In this document: piece after piece, positions 39,581 through 51,466 of the stretch | Numbering within the stretch: the stretch's first letter is position 1 | Layout of the letters: the number at the start of each line of letters is the position of its first letter | From: an uncultured Elusimicrobia bacterium | GTDB taxonomy: Bacteria > Elusimicrobiota > Elusimicrobia > UBA1565 > UBA9628 | Assembly: GCA_903830945.1 (NCBI GenBank) | Contig: CAIKVT010000021.1 | Coordinates: 4,519 to 68,518 of the forward strand | Reading direction: 5' to 3' | DNA length: 64,000 nt | Made by a program: the position numbers and the translations under genes | The notes under the pieces: model-generated | What the model was told of the DNA's origin: nothing | Seen by the model: the letters and a program-made list of their open reading frames with translations, nothing else | The model's database searches: none

Positions 39581-40531
39581 ATGAAGAGCACGAAACAAGT
39601 CCTCTGTTTTTCGGCGGGTCTTTTGGCCGCGTTATGGGCCCTCCCGGCGGCAGCCGCCACGGCCGGGGGTGAGACCGGCTTCCCCGCTGAGGTTGAGATC
39701 AAGGCCGCGAGCGGGGCGAACAAGCTCAACGTGGTCAAGCCGCCATTGAGCATCGAGGTGGACTCCTTCGAGACCATCCGCCCCTCTTTGGAGCCCGACC
39801 AGTCGTTGCTTTTAGCCGTCTCGCCCCTGACCGTTTCTTGGCGCCGCACCCATCCCGAGTATCTGCATAATCGGCGCGTCATTGAGCCCTGGCTCATGAC
39901 CTTCAGCCAGAGGCCGGGCATAGCGCTGCGGGTGCGCGACCAGCTTTTCGCTTTCCTGGGGCGCAAGCTCGACCCTAAGGAGGCTAAAGGTTACGCCTGG
40001 AATCTGACCATCGCCGACGAGGAAGGCCGGGTATTCCATCACTATGAGAGCTCCAGCGACCCGCCGGAGGAGCTCGTCTGGAGCGGCCAGAACGACCAAG
40101 GCGAGTGGATCAAGGCCGGCCGCTCTTATTCGGCCGTCTACACTTTCACAGACTCGCTCGGATCCCCGCATACCACCGTTGGCAAGCCGATCTTGTTCAA
40201 AGGCATCGTGCATCAGGAAGATACGGGCCTGCATGTGACTCTCGATTCCTCGGTCCTCTTCGGCACCACCAAGGCGGCAACCGAGATCGTTCACCCCGGA
40301 GGCGTGGATCTGCTGCGCTCCGCGGCCGACCTCATCAAGCGGCGCTCTACGGGTATCCCCATATCGGTGCGCGTCTTCGCCAACACTAAAGAGCTCGCTG
40401 ATGCTCAGGGCACCGTGGTCCAGAGTGTGCTCATCCACGAACTCATGACCATGAGCAAGAATGTGGCCGTGGAAGGGGCCCGGGCCGCCTTCTCCGATCA
40501 GAGGGTGGAAATCGTCCTCCTAAATCGGTAG
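39581..40531 (+). CDS. Secreted hypothetical protein, possibly with a degenerate OmpA/Pal-like C-terminal domain
   Basis: There is a signal peptide (MKSTKQVLCFSAGLLAALWALPAAAA). The C-terminus (VTLDSSVLFGTTKAATEI..ISVRVFANTK..RVEIVLL) resembles the OmpA-like peptidoglycan-binding fold in spacing but lacks the GHTD motif. It sits in the Pal position of a Tol-Pal-like cluster. Confidence 0.4.
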   Translation: MKSTKQVLCFSAGLLAALWALPAAAATAGGETGFPAEVEIKAASGANKLNVVKPPLSIEVDSFETIRPSLEPDQSLLLAVSPLTVSWRRTHPEYLHNRRVIEPWLMTFSQRPGIALRVRDQLFAFLGRKLDPKEAKGYAWNLTIADEEGRVFHHYESSSDPPEELVWSGQNDQGEWIKAGRSYSAVYTFTDSLGSPHTTVGKPILFKGIVHQEDTGLHVTLDSSVLFGTTKAATEIVHPGGVDLLRSAADLIKRRSTGIPISVRVFANTKELADAQGTVVQSVLIHELMTMSKNVAVEGARAAFSDQRVEIVLLNR

Positions 40532-42873
<2,342 letters not shown>

Positions 42874-42905
42874 ATGCCCGAGGAATATTGCTATAATTTG
42901 ACACT

Positions 42906-43247
42906 ATGATTTTATATGGATTTCTGAAGGTCGTGCATGTCTCCTCTTGCGCGCTTATGATCATCGTGGTGCTTCTGCAGACCGGTCGGGGAGCGGGTTT
43001 GTCCGTGTTCGGTGGTGGGGGGGACTCCCTGATCAATACGCCTTCCGGATCGGATTTCATGAAGAAGTTCACCGCGGTGTTGGCTGGGACTTTTGCTTTC
43101 ACTTCTCTGTTTTTGACCTTGCTCTCGAGCCGCGCCGGAATGTCGAGTGTCATGAGCCGGGTCCATCCGCCCGCCCCGCCTCCGTTGGAGGCTCCGGCTG
43201 TACCGGCTCCCGCGGCGCCGGCCGTGCCTGCGGGACAGGGCAAGTGA
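42906..43247 (+). CDS. secG: Preprotein translocase subunit SecG
   Basis: 113 aa with the SecG motif LLQTGRGAGLSVFGGGG and two TM segments. Confidence 0.8.
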   Translation: MILYGFLKVVHVSSCALMIIVVLLQTGRGAGLSVFGGGGDSLINTPSGSDFMKKFTAVLAGTFAFTSLFLTLLSSRAGMSSVMSRVHPPAPPPLEAPAVPAPAAPAVPAGQGK

Positions 43248-43254
43248 CGATTTA

Positions 43255-43336
43255 GCGCGGGTGGCGGAACTGGCAGACGCGTACGTTTGAGGGGCGTATG
43301 GGGAAACCCGTGGGGGTTCAAGTCCCCCCCCGCGCA
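43255..43336 (+). tRNA. tRNA-Leu (anticodon GAG)
   Basis: The sequence reads gcgcgggtggcggaactggcagacgcg, then stem tacgt/gcgta with loop ttGAGgg, a long variable arm and T-arm gggggttcaagtccccc. The acceptor is gcgcggg/cccgcgc with discriminator a. Confidence 0.8.
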
Positions 43337-43427
43337 TTTTAAGGTGAAGTTTCGGGCCGCTAGGCCCGGAGTATTAATTTGTGCCCTCATTTGTGCTATC
43401 TTTTCCTCATGTTAAGGGGGTCTTGAA

Positions 43428-44429
43428 ATGAAACATCATGCTATTATTCTGCTGGCCTGCGCCTTCGCGCTGGGCGGCTGCGTCTCCGCGTCCAAGTTTA
43501 AGGACCAGCAGTCGCAGACCTTGTCTCAGCAGAAGCGCGCCGACGCGCTGCAGAAGGACCTAGACGCCGCCAAGGCCTCTTTAGCCGTGGCCAACGACGG
43601 GCTCAAGAAGGCCGCGGATATCGAGACTGGCTCGCGCATCCAATTGAAGGCTAACGCCGACCAGTTGGCTTCTCTCAATGTCCAGATGTCCTCTCTCAAT
43701 ACTCAGATGGCTTCGGTCCAGCAATCCAATAAGGACCTCAAAGAGTCTCTCGACGCCAAGAAGGGCGAGCTGGCCAAGAAGGCCTTCGACCTCATCAAGG
43801 AAAAAGATGCTCTCTCGCAGAAGCTCGCCGCCGCTTCCAACGACCTGGCCGCCGCGACGGTCCGGGCGACCGCGGCTGAGGCGACCTTAGCCGCGCGGGA
43901 GAAGGAGCTGGCCCAGGCCCGCGACGAGAAGGCGGCCCTGGAGAAGGCCAAGTCCGAGGAGCTGGCTAAGGTCAAGCAGAACTATGACAGCCTGACCGCC
44001 GGCCTCAAGTCTGAGATCTCGGCGGGTGAAGTCACCATCACCCAGCTCAAGGGCAAGTTGACCGTCAATATGGTGGACCGTATCCTCTTCGACTCAGGCC
44101 AAGCGGATGTGCGTGCCGACGGCAAGAAGGTGCTGGAAAAGGTCGGCAAGATCCTCACCACGGTCGCGGATAAGGACATCCGTATCGAGGGGCATACGGA
44201 CAACAAGCCCATCGTCGGCGACCTTAAGAACAAGTATGCCACCAACTGGGAGCTTTCCACGGCTCGCGCCACCGCGGTGTTGCGTTACCTGCAGGACATC
44301 GCCAAGGTCGACGCCAAGCACCTGGTCGCGGCTGGCTACGGCGAGTTCCGCCCTGTCGCTCCTAACGATACGCCGGAGCAGCGGGCTTTGAACCGCCGCA
44401 TCGAGATCGTGCTGGTGCCGCGCGACTAG
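43428..44429 (+). CDS. OmpA-family lipoprotein with a long coiled-coil N-terminal region
   Basis: The lipobox is LLACAFALGGC. About 200 aa of Ala/Lys/Glu-rich coiled coil follow. The C-terminal OmpA-like domain has IRIEGHTDNKP and NRRIEIVL. Confidence 0.8.
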   Translation: MKHHAIILLACAFALGGCVSASKFKDQQSQTLSQQKRADALQKDLDAAKASLAVANDGLKKAADIETGSRIQLKANADQLASLNVQMSSLNTQMASVQQSNKDLKESLDAKKGELAKKAFDLIKEKDALSQKLAAASNDLAAATVRATAAEATLAAREKELAQARDEKAALEKAKSEELAKVKQNYDSLTAGLKSEISAGEVTITQLKGKLTVNMVDRILFDSGQADVRADGKKVLEKVGKILTTVADKDIRIEGHTDNKPIVGDLKNKYATNWELSTARATAVLRYLQDIAKVDAKHLVAAGYGEFRPVAPNDTPEQRALNRRIEIVLVPRD

Positions 44430-44442
44430 CCGCGATCGCGAC

Positions 44443-46341
44443 GTGCTTTCAGAGACCAGCCGGGCGGGCCGCATCGCCGTCCGGCTGGTTCCTTTTCTGG
44501 CGGTCCTGGCGACCCTCCTGGCGTTCCTGCCGGCTTTGCGTTGCGGTTTCGTGGACTGGGACGATCCCATGAATTTCCTCAACAACGAACACTACCGGGG
44601 CTTGGGCTTGGATAATCTGCGTTGGATGTTTACGACCTTGGTGCCCGGCAATTATCAGCCGCTCTCCTGGCTTACTTGGGCCGTGGACTATAAGTTATGG
44701 GGGATGAGCCCGCATGGATATCACCTGAGCAATGTCGTCATTCATGCGGCGAATGCGGGGCTGTTGTGCTTGGTTTGTATGGTATTGCTGGCATGGATAC
44801 CCCCCAAGACGGCCACTCCAAAGCAATTCTACGGCTGGCCGCTTGCCGTATCGGCTTTGTTCGGCGCTCTGTTCTGGTCTCTTCATCCTTTAAGAGTGGA
44901 GTCCGTGGCCTGGGTCACGGAGCGCCGCGACGTGCTCTCGACGGCTTTCTATCTGGCCACGGTCCTATGTTACCTGCGCTGGACCCAGCACGAAAGTCGG
45001 CGCTGGTGGTGGGCGGCGCTGACGGCCTACGTTCTCTCATTGCTGTCCAAGGCCATGGGCATGACCTTGCCTGTCGCGCTGCTCATCCTCGATATCTATC
45101 CCCTGCGGCGCTTGCCAGCGAGACCTCGGGCGTGGCTGCTCCCGCAGTGGCGCGGCCGGCTGTTGGAGAAGCTGCCCTTCGCGGCGCTGGGCACGGCCGC
45201 TGCGGGGCTCGGTTACGCGGCCCAGGTCGAGACCAAGGCCACCAACAGCATGGCGGCCTTCGGCCTGCCGGAGAGACTGGCTCATGCCGCCTATGACCTG
45301 GTTTTCTACCTGAGCAAGACGCTGTTCCCAATTAAGCTCGCGCCTTTCTACGAGATGGTTCTGCCCTTCAATCCGTATGCGCCATGTTTCCTATTCAGCG
45401 CCCTGGCGGCTTGCGCCATCGCCGCTTTGGTCTGGCTGGGGCGCAAGAGCCTGCCTGGTCTGGCCGCGGCCATGGGCTTCTACGCTGTCACGGTCTCGCC
45501 GGTCTTGGGCCTGGTTGCGATCGGGAGTTTCCTGGCCGCGGACCGCTATACCTATGTGCCGACTTTGGGATTCTCGGTTCTGGCCGCGGGTGCCTTATGG
45601 GGTTTGCTGACGAGGCCGATGGTACGCATCCGGGCCCCGGTCCTTGCCATCTGCATGGGACTAGTGCTGACCCTAGCCGGGCTTTCCTGGCGGCAGTGCG
45701 GATTCTGGCGCGACAGCGATGCGCTCTGGGGACGCGTTCTGGCGCTGGACCCTTCTTCGCCTTCGGCTCATCACAACTTGGGCGTCGAGCTCGCGGCGCA
45801 GGGGAATTACGCGGCCGCGCTCCGCATGTACCAGTCAGCCCTGATCATGAGGCCGCATTCGCCTTTGGTCCAAGAGGCGTTCGTGCAAGCCGCTTACAAC
45901 GTGGCCAATGCGGCTCTGCACTCAGGACGTCGGCAAGAGGCTCTGCGGCTCTACCGGAAGGTCCTGAACCTCTCTCCGACTTTCGCCGAGGCGCACAATA
46001 ACCTGGGTCTGGCCTTGACTGAGGCCGGCCAGAAGGCCGAGGCTCGTCGTCATTATGAGCAAGCGCTGGGGCTCAAGCCTGGTTTCGCAGCGGCTCATTA
46101 CAACCTGGGCAATGCCTTTGCTGAGGAAGGGCGGCTGGCGCAGGCAGAGGCGGAGTTCCGCCGGGCCGCGGCGTTGGACGAGACTTTGCTGGACGCCCGG
46201 TTCAATTTGGCCAATACTTTGGCCCGTCAAGGCCGCTATGGGAAAGCAACGGACCAATATCGCGCGGTCTTGAGAAAATCCCCTGATTTTCCTCAGGCGC
46301 GGGAAAACCTTGGGAAAGTCAGGCGCTTGGGCGGCTTGTGA
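44443..46341 (+). CDS. TMTC-like membrane protein: N-terminal multi-TM (PMT/DUF1736-like) region fused to C-terminal TPR repeats
   Basis: 632 aa. The N-terminus has about 10 hydrophobic helices with a conserved GxVDWDD-like loop. The C-terminal ~250 aa are TPR repeats (AHHNLGVELAAQGNYAAALRMYQSAL.. repeated). Confidence 0.7.
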   Translation: MLSETSRAGRIAVRLVPFLAVLATLLAFLPALRCGFVDWDDPMNFLNNEHYRGLGLDNLRWMFTTLVPGNYQPLSWLTWAVDYKLWGMSPHGYHLSNVVIHAANAGLLCLVCMVLLAWIPPKTATPKQFYGWPLAVSALFGALFWSLHPLRVESVAWVTERRDVLSTAFYLATVLCYLRWTQHESRRWWWAALTAYVLSLLSKAMGMTLPVALLILDIYPLRRLPARPRAWLLPQWRGRLLEKLPFAALGTAAAGLGYAAQVETKATNSMAAFGLPERLAHAAYDLVFYLSKTLFPIKLAPFYEMVLPFNPYAPCFLFSALAACAIAALVWLGRKSLPGLAAAMGFYAVTVSPVLGLVAIGSFLAADRYTYVPTLGFSVLAAGALWGLLTRPMVRIRAPVLAICMGLVLTLAGLSWRQCGFWRDSDALWGRVLALDPSSPSAHHNLGVELAAQGNYAAALRMYQSALIMRPHSPLVQEAFVQAAYNVANAALHSGRRQEALRLYRKVLNLSPTFAEAHNNLGLALTEAGQKAEARRHYEQALGLKPGFAAAHYNLGNAFAEEGRLAQAEAEFRRAAALDETLLDARFNLANTLARQGRYGKATDQYRAVLRKSPDFPQARENLGKVRRLGGL

Positions 46342-46353
46342 CCGGCCGGTTCA

Positions 46354-47718
46354 TTAGTTTACGATGGATGATCCAGAGAAGGCAGGGGCAGGGGTGAACG
46401 GGGCTATGGCTGAGCCTGTGGCTTGGTAAGACGAGCCCGAAAACGAGGTAACGTATTTGAGGTCGACCTTCATGTCCTGGGCAGCCACTCCACCGCGGTT
46501 CATGAACGATAGTGTCGTGGGTCCGTCGGGGTGTGAGTAGAAGCCGGAGTCACCGACGCTGTTGCCTGCGGAGAGAGGGATGCTCGCAGGTCCCGATGAG
46601 CCGAATGGGATTTGGTTTGGGCCGCTGGCGCCGTACGCGATTAATGTTGATGCGGTCCCTATAGGCATGTTGGCGATAGATACGTGGCCGCTCGTGATGG
46701 CCCGCGCGCCGAAATCAACAGAGATATTGAAATTCATGCCGTCGGGCACCGTGGTACCGCTACCGCAGGACCCTCCAGTGCAGGAGCAGTAGGAGTAGTC
46801 GCCGGTCCCGCTGTAAGTCCCCAGCAAGCCGGATTGTGCGTTGGTCACCTGCTCCCATGAGGAAAGACCATCTGCGATGCCGCTTCCTGTCTGAGAGGCC
46901 CAGGTTTGGAGGTTGTTTTGGCTGCCAGAGAAGTCGCCCACGACTTCCGCGCTCCCGGCGTTTCCGCCGCCCGCGGCCGTATCCTGCCCCGACTGTTGGC
47001 CGGGCAGCGCGTCGTCCCACAAGTGGCCGGACCCCGCCCCCTGCGGCGGCGTCGGGTCCAGGGCGTTCAGGATCTGTTGTGCCTGTTGGCTCAGGTCCGT
47101 CACGCCGGCCGGAGGCTGCCCGGGGGCGATCGTGGTTCCAAATCCGGACTGGGTGATGACCACTTCTCCGTCTTCGTTGTACACAGTCACGCTGCCCGGA
47201 TTTTCGTCGGCGTTGTTCTGCCCGCCGGGGCCGAAGAGGACGACGATCGAGCCGTTCTCTGAGACCTGCCCGCCCGCGATGGTGCCCCGGATGCCGATGG
47301 TCCCTACCGGGAGCTTGACCTTCATGCTGGCCGGGTCCTTGCGCGCCACCTTGCCCGTGACGAAGCGGAACACGCCCTTGGTCACTCGCGCCGTGACCTT
47401 GCCAGCGCTGGTGGCCGGGTCGTAGACGAACTCGTCGAGGACCATGTCGCTGTTGGCGCCAACGGTGAAGACGGTCTCGTCGAGCAGCATGACCTGCAGA
47501 CGGCCCGCCGCGTCGGTGGTGACGTGGTCGTTGAGGAAGAGGGGCTTGCCGCTCTCCATGACCCGGCCTACGGCCGCGTTGGGGGCCTGGGCCATGACCA
47601 CGCCCTTGACTGCGGCCGCGGCGCCGATGCGCGTGAGGCCGGCGGCCGGGATCTGTGCCGGAGCGGTCGTCACGAAGGCGAGCAGCAGAGCGAGAAGGGT
47701 CATAGGCCGACCTCCCAT
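46354..47718 (-). CDS. FecR-domain-containing secreted protein with a Gly/Ser-rich C-terminal region
   Basis: 454 aa with a signal peptide. The N-terminal beta-rich segment (RLQVMLLDETVFTVGANSDMVLDEFVY..VFRFVTGKV) resembles the FecR fold. The C-terminal ~200 aa are low-complexity G/S/T. Confidence 0.5.
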   Translation of the reverse strand: MGGRPMTLLALLLAFVTTAPAQIPAAGLTRIGAAAAVKGVVMAQAPNAAVGRVMESGKPLFLNDHVTTDAAGRLQVMLLDETVFTVGANSDMVLDEFVYDPATSAGKVTARVTKGVFRFVTGKVARKDPASMKVKLPVGTIGIRGTIAGGQVSENGSIVVLFGPGGQNNADENPGSVTVYNEDGEVVITQSGFGTTIAPGQPPAGVTDLSQQAQQILNALDPTPPQGAGSGHLWDDALPGQQSGQDTAAGGGNAGSAEVVGDFSGSQNNLQTWASQTGSGIADGLSSWEQVTNAQSGLLGTYSGTGDYSYCSCTGGSCGSGTTVPDGMNFNISVDFGARAITSGHVSIANMPIGTASTLIAYGASGPNQIPFGSSGPASIPLSAGNSVGDSGFYSHPDGPTTLSFMNRGGVAAQDMKVDLKYVTSFSGSSYQATGSAIAPFTPAPAFSGSSIVN

Positions 47719-49076
47719 CTATAAGTGATCATGGCGGCGATCTTGTTGTTGGTGTAGGCGTAGTTCTTTATGGTGGATAGGGCGTGATAGTACTCGTAGG
47801 TCAGGGTAGCGAGCAGATCCTTGAGCTTGGGGTGGAGCACTCCCAGCGGAGCGCCCAGCGTGCCGCTGGCGCGCATGGTCGAATCGTGGCGGTAGCCGCC
47901 GAGGATTGTGGGGTCCTCGGCCTTATATTTATCGTAGTTGGCGTTGATTGAGGAGATCAGGAATGTCCCGCGGCCCATCAGCCAGGCGCAGTTTATGCCC
48001 GCGGTGAGGCGGTCGAAGCCCCAGTATTGCTCGGCGGCGTTCTTGAAGCCGTAGCCGATGACCGTGCCGAATTTCAGGGACGGGTTCAAGATGTGCTCGG
48101 TCCCGGCGGTGAAGTCCGTCTGTACGCCGGTGCGCTCCGCGGCGGCGCCAACCTGGGGGGTGGCCACGAAATCCTGGTACATGTCTCGGCCTTCGAGGAA
48201 GAGGTTCGTCGTCGGGCTGAAGCGGTAGTCGAGCCGCAGGTCACCGCCGCGGTCGCGCAGGAAGGTGCTCTGCGCCAGCTCGACATGGTCGAAGAGCAGG
48301 CTCGGGGTGAGCTTGACGTGGTTGGCCCGATAGACCCCTCCTATCTGCACCGAGTAGGCTTTGAGGTTGATGTTCTTGGCGAGGGTCTGCTCGGCCTGAT
48401 AATAGTTGAAGGAGCCGAACACCTCGGGCACGGACTGGTAGGGCAGGTCGCGCTTGACGCCGACGTTGCCCATGAGGATCAGGCTGGTGTCGTCGCGTCG
48501 GTCAGAGATGGGAATCGGTGTCCCCAGAAAGAGCGCCTGGCCTGAGGCCGGGGCCGCGTTGCGGTTCGTGTCATACTCGAAGCCCGCGCCGAGCAGGCCG
48601 CTGATGTGGGTCTTCTTCAGGCGCTTGGCCACGGCCGCGGCGTACTTGCCGGACTCCTCGCGCAGCAGCGGGGGCAAAGTGAGTTTCTGCAGGACGTCGA
48701 GCTCCCGCTGGGCCTCCACGATGTTGTCCAAGCGGTAGAGGACGATGGCGTAGAAGAGCCGGACCTCGGTCTGGTTCTGGTCTACTAGGAGGATGCGCTC
48801 CAAAGTGGCGGCCGCGCTCTTCACGTCTCCCCGGCGCACCTGGGCGCGGGCATAACGGTAGTTGAGCTCTACGTTGTCCGGATCAGCGAGGATAGCCTCG
48901 TAGGTGACGTCCTCACCCGGCGCGGAGCGCTTGAGCGCCTCGGATGCGAGGCGCTCGGCGCGTTGTTGCTGCGTCTCTTCGTGGGTCGGTTTCTGGACAT
49001 CCTTGTAAATGTCCTGCGCGGAAAGCCCGGCAGTGACGAGGATAAGAGTTGCCAGAATGATCAATGCGCGTATCAT
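47700..49076 (-). CDS. Putative outer-membrane beta-barrel protein with an N-terminal TPR-like helical region
   Basis: 458 aa with a signal peptide (MIRALIILATLILVTAGLSAQ) and helical TPR-like repeats in the N-terminal ~150 aa. The C-terminal part shows the alternating hydrophobic pattern of beta-barrel strands. Confidence 0.45.
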   Translation of the reverse strand: MIRALIILATLILVTAGLSAQDIYKDVQKPTHEETQQQRAERLASEALKRSAPGEDVTYEAILADPDNVELNYRYARAQVRRGDVKSAAATLERILLVDQNQTEVRLFYAIVLYRLDNIVEAQRELDVLQKLTLPPLLREESGKYAAAVAKRLKKTHISGLLGAGFEYDTNRNAAPASGQALFLGTPIPISDRRDDTSLILMGNVGVKRDLPYQSVPEVFGSFNYYQAEQTLAKNINLKAYSVQIGGVYRANHVKLTPSLLFDHVELAQSTFLRDRGGDLRLDYRFSPTTNLFLEGRDMYQDFVATPQVGAAAERTGVQTDFTAGTEHILNPSLKFGTVIGYGFKNAAEQYWGFDRLTAGINCAWLMGRGTFLISSINANYDKYKAEDPTILGGYRHDSTMRASGTLGAPLGVLHPKLKDLLATLTYEYYHALSTIKNYAYTNNKIAAMITYRWEVGL

Positions 49077-49180
49077 AGTGCCGATATGTTGGCAAAGATT
49101 TCATCGCTCGTCAATGGTCCTGGCCGGTCTGGATATCCCGAAATTGTTGAAAACTCGAGCAAAATTGGCGAGAATGACTT

Positions 49181-51457
49181 ATGGCCCAAAGAGAGGGGAG
49201 CGCTAAGGTCGCGGCCGCAATCCGGTGGTACAAGGCGCGGCGCAGCACCTTTCAAGGCTGGGCGCAGGTCGTGGTCCCGGCGGTGCTTTTTTTGGGGTTG
49301 GTTTCGGTCCGGGTCGCGGAGCCGGGCTGGGTCGAACAGATCCAGCATAAGGCCTTCGATGCCTTCCAGCGGGCCAAGCCCCGCCCTTATGAGCCGGTCC
49401 CGGTCCGCATCATAGACATCGACGACGAGAGTCTCAGGCGCCTTGGGCAGTGGCCCTGGCCGCGGACGCAAGTGGCCCAGTTGGTCCGGCGTCTCAGCGA
49501 CCTGGGCGCCGCGGTCGTGGCCTTCGACGCCGTTTTTGCTGAGCCGGACCGGACCTCTCCGTCCCGGGTCGCGGAGCTCTGGCCCAAGTCCGCGGAGACC
49601 GAAAACTTGCGCCGCCAGTTGACGCGACTGCCGGACCATGACCGGGTCCTGGCCCAGGCCATCAGCCAGGCCGCGGTGGTCCTTGGCTTCGCTCTCGTGG
49701 CAGAGCCCAACGATGTCGTGCCCGCGGTCAAGGCGCCTTTCTCATACGGCGGCGACGGACCGCTGCTCTACCTGGATGATTTTCGGGGCGCGGTCACGGA
49801 CCTTCCCGCTCTGGAGGAAGCGGCCGCGGGCAACGGCTGCTTCAGCTTCCTGCCGGAGCTTGACGGCATGGCGCGTCGGGCGCCGCTCATTTTCAGGCGA
49901 GGCCAGACTCTGCTGCCCGCCCTCTCGGCTGAGGTTTTGCGCGTAGCACAGGGCGCGTCCAATTACGCGGTCAAGTCTTCAGGAGCCAGCGGCGAGGGGG
50001 GCTACGGCCAGCACACCGGCATCAGCAAGATCAAGATCGGCCGCTACGTCATCCCCACGGACAGCAAGGGGCGGGTCTGGGTCTATTTTACGGAGGACGC
50101 GCCGGAGCGTACGGTCTCGGCGTGGAGGGTTTTCAATAAAGGTTTCGACAAGTCCATCATCGAAGGCGGGATGGTCTTCGTGGGCACGAGTGCTGCGGGC
50201 CTCAAGGACATGCGCGCCACGCCTCTTAACCCGGCCCTGCCCGGGGTGGAGATGCACGCCAACGTGGTGGAGCAGGTCTTGCTGGGCCGGTTCTTGCAGA
50301 GGCCGGATTGGGCGACAGGCGCGGAACTCATCTATATGGTCCTGCTCGGCTGCCTGCTCTTGGTCCTGCTGCCTAGGCTCGGCGCGGCTTGGTGCGCGTT
50401 GGTGGGCGGCGCGGGCATGGCGGCGGCCGTGGGATTCTCCTGGCGCATGTTCGCGGACAGGGGCTTGCTCATCGACCCGGTCTTCCCGTGCTTGACCATA
50501 CTCGTGGTCTATATGTCTTCCTCGCTCATCAATTACCTTAAAAGCGAGACCGAGCGCCGACAGGTGCGCAACGCCTTCTCGCGCTATATGCACCCCAAGC
50601 TCGTCGCGGAGCTCGCCAAGCATCCGGAGAAGCTGCGCCTAGGCGGCGAGACGCGGGACATGACCATCCTCTTCTGCGACATCCGGGGATTCACCACCAT
50701 CTCCGAGCAGTTCGACGCCCACGGCCTTACCCAGATGATCAATAAGTTCCTCACCCCCATGACCGGCATCATCATGGACCGGTCGGGTTACATCGACAAG
50801 TACATCGGCGACTGTATCATGGCGTTTTGGAACGCGCCCTTGGACGACCCGGAGCATGCGCGCAACGCCTGCCAGGCGGCCCTGGCCATGCATCAACGGC
50901 TTGCGGAGCTCGAAGGCGTATGGAAGGCGGAGGCAGCGGCCGAGGGCCGCAAGTTCGTGCCTATCCACATCGGCGTGGGCCTTAACACCGGGCTTTGCTG
51001 CGTGGGTAATATGGGCTCTGATCAGCGCTTTAATTACTCGGTGCTGGGCGATGATGTGAACCTGGCCTCGCGCTTGGAAGGACAGTCCAAGCCTTACGGG
51101 GTGAACACGATCATCGGGCCGCGCACTCGCGAGCTGGTCGCGGAGTTCGCGGCGCTGGAGCTCGATCTTATCCGGGTCAAGGGCAAGACCAAGCCCGTGC
51201 GCATATTCACTCTGCTGGGCGACGCCCGGAAAGCCCAGGAGCCCGGCTTCCAGCGGCATGTGCAGGTCCATGACCGGATGCTGGCCGCCTACCGGGCCCA
51301 GAAGTGGGATGAGGCTTTGGCCTTGCTGGCTGAGTGCCGAGGGGGGGGGCTGCCGCTGGAGAAGCTCCACGACTGCTATGAGGAACGCATCCTGGATTTT
51401 CAGCTTCATCCGCCGGCCGCGGGTTGGGACGGCACGTTCACTGCGACGAGCAAATGA
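49181..51457 (+). CDS. CHASE2 sensor domain-containing class III adenylate/guanylate cyclase
   Basis: 758 aa with an N-terminal TM, an extracytoplasmic CHASE2-like region and 3 TM segments. The C-terminal cyclase domain has FCDIRGFTTISEQ, GDCIMAFWNAP and the LGDDVNLASRLE motif. Confidence 0.85.
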   Translation: MAQREGSAKVAAAIRWYKARRSTFQGWAQVVVPAVLFLGLVSVRVAEPGWVEQIQHKAFDAFQRAKPRPYEPVPVRIIDIDDESLRRLGQWPWPRTQVAQLVRRLSDLGAAVVAFDAVFAEPDRTSPSRVAELWPKSAETENLRRQLTRLPDHDRVLAQAISQAAVVLGFALVAEPNDVVPAVKAPFSYGGDGPLLYLDDFRGAVTDLPALEEAAAGNGCFSFLPELDGMARRAPLIFRRGQTLLPALSAEVLRVAQGASNYAVKSSGASGEGGYGQHTGISKIKIGRYVIPTDSKGRVWVYFTEDAPERTVSAWRVFNKGFDKSIIEGGMVFVGTSAAGLKDMRATPLNPALPGVEMHANVVEQVLLGRFLQRPDWATGAELIYMVLLGCLLLVLLPRLGAAWCALVGGAGMAAAVGFSWRMFADRGLLIDPVFPCLTILVVYMSSSLINYLKSETERRQVRNAFSRYMHPKLVAELAKHPEKLRLGGETRDMTILFCDIRGFTTISEQFDAHGLTQMINKFLTPMTGIIMDRSGYIDKYIGDCIMAFWNAPLDDPEHARNACQAALAMHQRLAELEGVWKAEAAAEGRKFVPIHIGVGLNTGLCCVGNMGSDQRFNYSVLGDDVNLASRLEGQSKPYGVNTIIGPRTRELVAEFAALELDLIRVKGKTKPVRIFTLLGDARKAQEPGFQRHVQVHDRMLAAYRAQKWDEALALLAECRGGGLPLEKLHDCYEERILDFQLHPPAAGWDGTFTATSK

Positions 51458-51466
51458 GGGGCCCTC

